Assembly (NCBI GenBank): GCA_951406725.2
Contig: OX597830.1
Coordinates: 32,612,001 to 32,676,000, forward strand
Length of the DNA stretch: 64,000 nucleotides
Reading direction: 5' to 3'
DNA from: Octopus vulgaris
Taxonomy: Eukaryota
A model generated the notes under the pieces. The model did not search any database, was not told where the DNA came from, and was given only the letters and a program-made list of their open reading frames with translations. Position 1 is the first letter of the stretch. The number at the start of each line of letters is the position of its first letter. Of this stretch, positions 54,281 through 64,000 are shown piece after piece. The translations under genes and the position numbers were made by a program.

Positions 54281-54997
54281 TAATTACATAAATATAATTG
54301 GATTTTTAAAACATTGAATGGCTTTGAGAGTCCAGTGGAGCAAAATAGGAATTAAAAGGGTCCATAGGTGAAAAATGGTTGCGAACCACTGGCATTCTCT
54401 AACCTCCTCCTCATTAAAACCTCCAGCCTTGTGCCTAAATCAGAAGCAATTGTGGTTGCTGCTGTTGTTGTTGTTAGCATTTATTATTTTCCATATCTGC
54501 ACCAGAATGCTTTATTGAGGTCAAAATTCTGTCTTTGGTGGAATCTATATGAAGAGCAAAAATATAAAATATGAAAATAATAGTAAAAAAAAAATTATAA
54601 AGAAAAGGAAAAAATTTTTTCCATTCTCAACTAATTGGTTAATTGATTTCTCATCAGTCAATAAAATAGCTGGCTATGGCAGACGAACTATGGGTAATAT
54701 TTAATGTTAACGAACTAACTCTATAATCTAAGTCAGCTGTAGTGATTAATTGTACAGGATTTGTGGTAAAGAACAAAAGCCTTTCTTTCTTTTTCTATTT
54801 TTTTCTATATTTAAAAAAAAAATTCCATTTCAAAGTTATCTGATTTGATTTCTTTTCTTTTTGTTTTTTCTTTGTTTGCATAAGTGAACATGTGAAAGTA
54901 TGTGTGTATTTATGTATGTATTCATGGGTTGCATGTATGATTTAGATACACACATACACACACATATATAAATATATGTATATGTGTGTGTGTATGA

Positions 54998-55039
<42 letters not shown>

Positions 55040-55116
55040 TTATGTATATGTATACATAGTATATGTATATATATATATTTATATATATATATAGATAGAT
55101 AGATAGATAGATGCAG

Positions 55117-55156
<40 letters not shown>

Positions 55157-55574
55157 TTATATATATATGTGTATATATATATATGTATGTATGTATATAT
55201 ACATACACATATTTATGTATATATATATATATATGTATGTATGTGTAAATGAAATGAAAGTATGTAAGTGTGTATATATATATATATATATAATCATATA
55301 TTTATATGTATTCATGAATGCATGTATGTCTGAGTGGATGCAATTTTGCATGAGTGTATTTGTAAATAGTGACTATCTCTGACGTTGGTATCTGCAGCAA
55401 TTGTATTTCTGTTACTGTTTACACCCAGTTTTGGTCATAGTCACTAACAGGCAGATGGTTTCTGCCAGACTGACCGACTGATGAAGACACACTGCAAAGA
55501 AAATAAACCCACCAGGGTAAGACCTTGACTGCCTCTCAATGACTAAAAGAGCATCCTCTTTAATTCATACACAC

Positions 55575-55790
55575 GAGGTGGGTGGGGCACTCAAAAGTGC
55601 ATGGTTTAAGGGCATCATGAAAAACCTGGCTGGAGGCCCAACCTTCCAAGTTCTTTTACAGGCTTAGAAAAACTGAAGGACCACTGCAATTCGTATGTGA
55701 ATATGAGAGGGGAATAAGTTGCATAGACTCATAATAAACTGATCCTCCTGTGTATTCTTTTACCCAAACCCAGGAACGTTTCAATGCCAC
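55575..55790 (+). mobile_element. Mariner-like 3' remnant
   Basis: FFYRLRKTEG region weakly resembles a mariner C-terminus; possible imperfect TIRs. Confidence 0.35.
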
Positions 55791-55799
55791 ATACATACA

Positions 55800-55835
<36 letters not shown>

Positions 55836-56401
55836 TACATATATATATGTATCAAAAGAAAAACAGGACGCAAAGGATTTTGCGGTACATATGTTTTGGG
55901 CTTTATTGAACAACTTATTCTTATATCAATGCATAATTGATATAACAGATAGATCAAAAGCCTTCTTCAGCCACGTACAATTGCCACACCAAAGACTTGT
56001 ATCACATTATAACAGGTTTGAGAAAGAGTTTGAAAAAAAACCGTTGGGAAAGTAAATCCTCATAGGCGTACATGGTATTGCGAGACTCCAAAACAAATCG
56101 TCCATACCGTTTCTTCACTCGGTAAAGAATGAATACTGGGTAGATTACTTCATATAGGGGAAGGTATTGGATGTTGAGAGAAAAAGGAAAGGAGGGGAAG
56201 GGGTGAAACTTTAATGAAGTTGGGATCACAAACAAGGAAAAATATATATATAAATTTAAACATAATTATAAAGGATGATAATAAATATAAAATATAATAA
56301 AAAATATAATAAAAAACGTAAAGATGTAAAGAAATAAGTATATAAAGATACAAAGGACGTCACGTATAGGGTCATAAATTCTAGAAATGTATATATATAT
56401 A

Positions 56402-56524
56402 TATATTAGAAGAAATGAGGTACTCAGAAATCTGGATGGTTTTATATTTACAGATATTTATTAAATATATCTGTAAATATAAAAACCATCCGGATTTCTG
56501 AGTACCTCATTTCTTCTAATATAT
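56402..56524. repeat. Near-perfect palindrome with ~57 bp arms
   Basis: TATATTAGAAGAAATGAGGTACTCAGAAATC... versus its reverse complement, one mismatch and one indel. Confidence 0.9.
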
Positions 56525-56934
56525 AATACCTGTACATCATCTCCAAACCTTCTAATATATATATATATGATTTTTATATACATATATATATATATGTGAT
56601 ATATATTTACAGGTTTGGCTAATGTGGTTACAATGTCTACTGTGAAACCAAATGATTCAGGCTTCATTTCTGCTGTTTGTCATTCACAAAAGCTTCAAAA
56701 TATAATCAAAACTGTGTCAAAAACATTTGTTTGTTGTCTTTGTGGTTATTTAGCTCCAGCTTGGCTCTGAATGAGGAGGCCTCTTCCAGCAATGAAGAAT
56801 TCTTCTCTTCTTATATATCTGGGAAATTATAGTTCAGGTATTTAACGTGGCCAGTTTTTACCAAATTAATGGGGTGGATAAAAAAAGTCTATATATTTCT
56901 GAGACAAAGAATTTTTAGATAATGTATTAGTTGG

Positions 56935-57285
56935 AGTTATTATGGCTTTTAGTATGTTTCATCTGCATATACTCCAGCCTTCTTCAGGTGTCTTCTGGTT
57001 CACCTTAGCGCCTTGATCGGTATTGAAGTCAGAACTTCTAGATGACTGCACTGCATTAAGCAGTGCCTTAATCAACTACGCTATTTCTGTAGGCAGAGTC
57101 AGAATAAATTTTTAAAACTTAGTGGATAAAGGTATTGAAATGCATTGCAGTCATCTAGGGGCACTGAGTTCAATCCCAGGTAAGGCACTAAGGTAAATCA
57201 CAAGACACCTGAAAAAGGTGGGGGGGGGGGACATAAAACAGCTAAAACCTAGTGAAAATAACAATGAAGGTGAGGACACTATTTT
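56935..57285. mobile_element. Second tRNA-headed, hammerhead-motif SINE family (H2), head-to-head pair
   Basis: (-) arm ~56935-57085 and (+) arm ~57117-57285 share TGCAGTCATCTAG, a GAGTTCAATCCC-like B-box, AAGGC.CTAAGGT and AAGACACCTGAA. Confidence 0.7.
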
Positions 57286-57329
57286 GACCATTACATAGAA
57301 TAGAAGAGTGGAATTTGAGTAAGATTAGT

Positions 57330-57520
57330 TTTGGACTGCAGCCATGCTTGGGCAGTCCTTTGAAGGGTTTCGTTGAACAAGACGACCCCTAATACTTATT
57401 TCGTTTTAAGCTTGGTACTTATTGTATTAGTAACTTTTGCTGAACTGCGAAGTTAAAGGTATATAAATTAACTAACATGGGTGGTCAAGTGATGGAAGGT
57501 ACAAACATAATCACAAAAAG
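57330..57520 (-). mobile_element. Degenerate SINE-A 3' half
   Basis: Homology to SINE-A. Confidence 0.6.
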
Positions 57521-57587
57521 ACACCAGCCCACACGTACACACATACACCACTCACATATATATATATATATATATATACATACATGT

Positions 57588-57618
<31 letters not shown>

Positions 57619-58770
57619 CACTAACTGGATATTTAAAAACTTAAAGATGCAAATTATGATTCAGGCATGTTTGGCAATCAAAAATACATGTTGTGTATAG
57701 GTGAACAAAACCTAAATACTGCACAGCAGTTAAGGGCTACATGATTAGTTGAAATCCTGTTTGAGTTATATTTGCCATTGCCATTTGGTTACCTCAGGGA
57801 TGATTACAATAAGCAAACAGACATGAACTGTAATCAACATAACTTTCTATATCTACATCTTATAAATTTTCTGATTTGGTGCTAATTCCAGAAATCAATG
57901 TTAAAGCTTTGTAGAATAAACTGTTAATATAACACAATGTAAGACTTTGTGTGTGTGTATGTGCATGTGTGTGAATATGTGTGTGTGTGTGTGCATGTAT
58001 ATATATGCGCATGTACATATGTATACACACACACATTTAAAAATTACACACAAACTTCCACAACCATACACACATACATATATGTATATGTTCATGTATA
58101 TATATATGTGTGTGTGTGTATGTATAATGCATATATATATTTGTGTGAGTGTGTATATGTGTATATAAATACATATGTAGGATTACGTATGTACACACAC
58201 ATGCATGCACACAGATACACACACACACATGCACATGCACACACAAACATACACACACACATGTATGAAACAGTTTTTATCAGTGTATTAATATACTAAT
58301 ATTGTTCAATGAAAATAATGACCATGCAGCATAGACTTATAATGAAACTGAAGAAAATAATTATTTAATCAATCACTTTCTATGATGGTTGTATGTGTGT
58401 GAATGTGTGTGTATGTGTGTGTGTACGTGTACATGTACAGAGATACACACAGAGACATGCACATACACACATGCCTTTGCCTTGGTGTGAACAACTGTCT
58501 GTAGAACATACTCACACACACACACACATACATACAAACATATACATATATATATATGTATATATATATACATACTTATACACAAACATATTTACATATA
58601 CATATATATATATGTATGTATATCATGTATATATGCATATGTATGCATATATGTATATATGTGTATGTATGTATGTATGTATATATATATATATATATAT
58701 ATACATACACATACATATATATATATGTATATATATGTATATACATATACATATATATACATGTATATAG

Positions 58771-58867
<97 letters not shown>

Positions 58868-59033
58868 TATATATGTGTGTGTGTATACTTACAAATATTG
58901 CATTCATGTGAAAGTATCTTAATGACTACAGTAATTGTGAAATAGGACAAAGAAGAGAAGAAAGGAAAGAAAGCATCAGAGGGCTGCTGAAACAAATTAG
59001 AGAACTAAAGCGAAATATATGAATATATTTCAA

Positions 59034-59590
59034 GGTATGGCTGTGTGGTTATGAAGCTTGCTTTGCAACTGCATGGTTTCAGGTTCAGTCCCACTGTGCA
59101 GCATCTTGGGAAGGTTTATTTTTTTGTAATCTTTGTAGGTGAAATTTGTAGGTGGAAACTGTGTTGAAGCCCCTCGTGCATTTTTACTTCTTTTGCATGT
59201 TTCCATCATTTTGATTGTGGCCATGCTGAGGCACCACATTTAAGGGTTTTAGTCAAACAAATTGACCTCAGGACTTATTTTTTTAAAGCCTAGTAATTAT
59301 TCTATAGGTCTCTTTTGTTAAACTGCTAAGTTATGGGAACATAAACACACCAACACCGGTTGTCAAGTGGTGGTGGTAACAAACACAGACTCAAAGACAC
59401 ATACACATAGATGTATACAGATATACATACTGCAGGCTTCTTTCTTCCAGTTTCCATCAACCAAATCCACTCACAAGGTTTTGGTTGGCCCACAGCTATA
59501 TTAGAAAACTCTTGCCCAAGGTGCCATGTAGTGGGACTGAACCTGGAACCATGTGGTTGGGAAGTAAGTTTGTTATCACACAGCAATACC
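59034..59590. mobile_element. SINE-A 5' half (+) and full copy (-)
   Basis: Homology to SINE-A. Confidence 0.75.
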
Positions 59591-59691
59591 TGGACATATG
59601 TTGAAGTTATTAACAGAACTATATCTATCAGTCAGTTTATCTAATATATCTATTTATCTACATGTGTGTGTGTGTGTGTGTGTGTGTATGA

Positions 59692-59738
<47 letters not shown>

Positions 59739-61035
59739 GGCGCAGAAGTGGCTGTGTGGTAAGAAGCTTGCTTCCCAACCACATGGTACCAGCTTCAGCC
59801 CCACTGTGTGGCACCTTGGGCAAGTGTCTTCTATTATAGCCTTGGCCAACCAAAGCCTTATGAGTGGATTTGGTAGATGGAAACTGAAAGAAGCCTTTTA
59901 GCATTTATATATATATATAATATAAAACTTATATATAAAGAACGTGAAATTCACGAATTGACAAACACGGAAAAACGGACAGTAATTCAGCGCCTTCATT
60001 CTTCAGTCAGAAACCGATTCATCATGGCAAATTTCGGCTGTTTAATTCTTCGATTTGCTCCGAAAAGGCCAGCCCCAAGGAAAAGCTAAGCTATGGGCAT
60101 TAGATTTGCTTGGTAGAAGGAAAGAATGTGACAACCAAGACGAATAGGAAAACAAGAGACGAAGATAAACTTGGAAACAGTAACGAATAAAAACAGGAAT
60201 GATACGGGGGCGTCTTACGACTTTGAGACAAAATGAGACAAAACAATTGATCAGCAAGCGTGGGAAGCGGTTACCTTTTCGGTAGAGGAGACATGTGTTG
60301 TACAGGCGGCTGTCAGCAGTGGAATGGCTTAGCAGCAGCAGGTTGCAAGAATGTGAGAGAGAAAGAGAGAGGGGGGGATTGAGGAGGGCCGAGAAATGAC
60401 CAAGAGAGAGAGAGAAAGAAAGAATTAAAGAGGGTGAGAGGAAGGGGCACCAAAACAACTTGGTAAAGAGGCGCCAAAATACCTTGATGAAGAAGCAATG
60501 GCGGATGATAAAGGGGAAGTTTAAAGTTGAAGACATCGTGCAATAGTGGAGATATGACAAACATAAATGGATTGGTGCACGTGCGCTGCGATAATATAGA
60601 ATAAAACATATATATAAAGAACGTGAAATTCACGAATTGACAAACACGGGAAAATGGACAGTAATTCAGAGCCTTCATTCTTCAGTCAGAAACCGATTCA
60701 TCATGGCAAATTTCGGCTGTTTAATTCTGAGATTTGCTCCGAAATGGCCAGCCCCAAGGAAAAGCTAAGCTATGGGCATTAGATTTGCTTGGTAGAATAT
60801 ATATATATATGCTTGTGTGCCTGTGTTTGTTCTCCCACCATCACCTGACAACTGATGTCGGTGTATTTACATCCCCATAACTTGGCAGTTCAGCAAAAGA
60901 GACCAATAGAATAAGTACTAGGCTTACAAAGAATAAGTCCTGGGGTTGATTTGCTCGACTAAAGGCGGTGCTCCAGCATGGTCGCAGTCAAATGACTGAA
61001 ATAAATGAAAGAAAAATAGAATGAAAGAATAAAAG
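59739..61035 (+). mobile_element. SINE-A split by an insertion into its (TA)n core
   Basis: 5' half 59739-59895, 3' half 60810-61035. Confidence 0.8.
59913..60797. mobile_element. Element with ~190 bp direct repeats (59930-60118 and 60609-60797)
   Basis: Near-identical repeats 679 bp apart; no TG..CA ends, PBS or PPT seen. Confidence 0.75.
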
Positions 61036-61419
61036 AATATATGCTGAAGATATTTACTGAGTGCAATGTATGCGTGTGTGTGTGCGTGCATGTGTGTGTG
61101 CGTGCATGTGTGTGTGCGTGCATGTGTGTATGTGTGTGTGGCGGGGTGGGTAGGGGGGTTTGCATTGTTCATTGGTATGTATTTTAAAGGAGATCACACA
61201 TTCAGTAATTACAACATTTTGTCCAGTTACCATGGTAATTTTGTTCTTAGTCTAAAACTAAACCAATTCCCCCGTCACCCCCATCCTCCACTCCGTATTC
61301 TTCACATCCCTGCAGAAAAAAAACAAAAAACAAAAAAAAGGAAAAGACAAAAAAATATCCTGGCTTCACTTCTGTCCCCACACTGGATAATAACAAAATT
61401 ACCCTAACAATCTTTCACC

Positions 61420-61950
61420 TACCACCATCACCACCACCACCACCACCACCATTACTACCACAACAACAACAACAACAACAACAACAACCACTATTAACAC
61501 CACCACAACAACAACCATTGCTACCACAACCACCACAAACACACCACCACCACAACCTCCACCACAACAACCACCACTACTATCACCACCACAGCCACAA
61601 CTAACACCACCATCACAACCACCACAACCACCAATACCATAACCACCACAAGCACCACCACCAATACAACCACTACACCAACCCCCACTGCCACCTCCAC
61701 CACCAGAACCATTATTATTCCCATTCCCAATATTATCTCGATTTCTTCCAAAACTTTATCGAACATCACCACCACCACCACCACCACCACTACCTCTACC
61801 ACTAGCACTAATGCAACTTTCAATATCACCATTTGTACAGCTACCTCCTCCACTACTACAAACAACACCAATGCTGCAGCCAGTACCATCATTTTAAGTC
61901 ACCTTCCCCATTGTCAACACCACCATCACCACCACAACTACAACCAACAC
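61420..61950. repeat. (CAC/AAC)n low-complexity field; similar field at 63230-64000
   Basis: Direct. Confidence 0.9.
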
Positions 61951-62117
61951 CATTATTTTCAGTCACCTCTACATCTACAAGTTCCAATTACTCCAGGATG
62001 AGATATTTTTATGAGATTACTCTACCTGCTAGAAATAGCAGCGAAACTGCTCTCGAATTTCTATTTCTACTTCCTTTGAGAAAACAAGACATGTTGGATG
62101 TTATAGTCAGAAAGAAG

Positions 62118-62560
62118 CGTGGCTGAGTGGTAAGACATTTGCTTCACAACCACATGGTTCCAGGCTCAGTTCCACTGCATGGGATCTTGGACAAACGTCT
62201 TCTACTATAGCCTTGGGCCAACCAAAGCATTATACTCTTTACTCTTCTTTTACTCTTTTACTTGTTTCAGTCATTTGACTGCGGCCATGCTGGAGCACCA
62301 CCTTTAGTCGAGCAAATCGACCCCGGGACTTATTCTTTGTAAGCCCACTACTTATTCTATCGGTCTCTTTTGCCGAACTGCTAAGTGACGGGGACGTAAA
62401 TGTACCAGCATCGGTTGTCAAGCAATGCTAGGGGGACAGACACATACACACAAACACATACACACATACATATATATATAAATATATACGACAGGCTTCT
62501 TTCAGTTCAGTAGAGTAGTTATGAGTAGATTTGGTAGACAGAATCTCAAAGAAACCCATC
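62118..62560. mobile_element. SINE-A (-, 62235-62505) inserted into a SINE-A (+)
   Basis: (+) head 62118-62230 resumes at TGAGTAGATTTGGTAGAC (~62522). Confidence 0.75.
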
Positions 62561-62573
62561 ATGTATCTATCTG

Positions 62574-62610
<37 letters not shown>

Positions 62611-62758
62611 ATATATATATATATGATTTTGATTTTGATTTTTCCAGTTTCAGCTTATGAGCTGTGGCCATATATATATATATATATATATATAGCATAC
62701 ATACATATATATTTATACATTTATGTGTATATCGTTATATCATATATATAGATAGATA

Positions 62759-62790
<32 letters not shown>

Positions 62791-62804
62791 TTATATATAT
62801 ATAT

Positions 62805-62957
62805 TTTTTTTTAGACATCCACCAGTACAACACAAAAAACAACCAAATATATGGCACACTAGGCATAACAAAAACGTGAACTTCCAACCTGTTGTCTCTT
62901 GAGGTCTCCAGGTGAGACTTGGAGCCAACTTGTACAAATATAAAGCAAAAGTCAAAC

Positions 62958-62960
<3 letters not shown>
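62805..62960 (+). mobile_element. R4/Dong 3' UTR fragment in (TAA)n
   Basis: Reverse complement of 51772-51925; TAA repeats on both sides. Confidence 0.85.
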
Positions 62961-63012
<52 letters not shown>

Positions 63013-64000
63013 CCTTTCATGGAATTTATGAATATTTTGATACATTGCTATGAGTGTTTCCACAAATCACACCTCTCTTAACAACATAGTCCATATTCCT
63101 GGGATGATTAAAGTTCATGGCTGGATTAGTTTTGATCACTGAATACTGACCTTGGGTTAAACAACAACACTACAATTGATTAATGCCACAACAATGACTT
63201 TGAATACAATCACAGCTTTAGTAGTACCATAACCACCACCATCACCACCACCACCACCACCACCACCACAGCAACCACCACCGCCACAGCAACCGCAACC
63301 ACCACCGCCACAGCAACTGCAACCACCACTCCACACAAACATCATTACCAACATCACCACCACCACCACCACCACCACCACCACCACCACCACCTCCACC
63401 ATTAACCCCCCCCCCTCGTGTGGCACCACAGCCTCAGCCTCTATAGCCTATAGCTGTACAACCAGCATCACAATCATCAACACTACCATCACCATGACCA
63501 TTACCACCATCACCACCACCACCACTACTACCACAATCACTGCCAATATTAGTACCACTACTACTACTACCACAAATACTGCCATTGCTGCTACCACCAT
63601 GGCCACTGACAAAACCAATAACAACAGCAACACCATCTCTACCATTATCTTTACTCCCATCACTAACAAGAGCAACACCAATGACATCCCTCATCACCAC
63701 CATCAACTTCACCATTAACAACAACAACAGCAATACCATACCATCCCCCAACACATGCCACCAGGGCCGAGACCAACAGTGCAATCATCACCACCACCGT
63801 TAGCATTGCCACCACTGCCACCACTCCTACCAACACTAGATAGACCCCCCCCCTTAAACACCATTAACAGCATCAACAATGATGACAGCAGCAACACCAA
63901 CGAAGCAACCACCACCGCCAACACTACCATCAACACTACCACCACCACCACCACTATTGTTGCCACCACCACTATTGTTGCCACCACTACAGTCACTACC

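Larger units (their letters stand above)
51209..54391. mobile_element. Old hAT-like MITE split by nested insertions
   Basis: Ends CAGGGATTCTCAAC and GTTGCGAACCACTG; flanking 8-mers ACATTGCC and GCATTCTC match at 5 of 8. Confidence 0.5.

Noticed and set aside
55475-55505. CTGATGA...GAAA hammerhead-like string
   Set aside because: No helix I, II or III pairing
55850-56380. Unassigned segment with minus-strand CTGAAGAAGGC
   Set aside because: No matching GAAA or helices, and no second copy in the window

Overview
This is non-coding, AT-rich animal genomic DNA, most likely a cephalopod (Octopus-type) intron or intergenic region; that assignment rests on my recollection of the SINE families and is not verified. 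I find no convincing host gene. Almost all ORFs in the track are translations of microsatellites. The window is a mosaic of microsatellites, several tRNA-derived SINE families, decayed LINE 3' ends (CR1-like, RTE, I/Ingi-like, R4/Dong), Tc1/mariner, hAT, piggyBac-like and Helitron relics, and one Penelope-like (PLE) GIY-YIG remnant. The main discovery is a short non-coding element built as tRNA-like Pol III head + (AAT/AAC/GAT)n linker + tail carrying a minimal type I hammerhead-ribozyme motif. It inserts as head-to-head inverted pairs with 3' ends pointing outward, flanked by 12-15 bp target-site duplications (19717-20299, 25522-25927, 51544-52921; orphan arm 10581-10740). A second, older family with a different tRNA-like head shows the same motif and geometry (56935-57285). 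Together these look like a SINE system mobilised by Penelope-like elements rather than by LINEs. Family names A, B, C, D, E, F and H are my own working labels. Coordinates were read by eye and may be off by a few bases.
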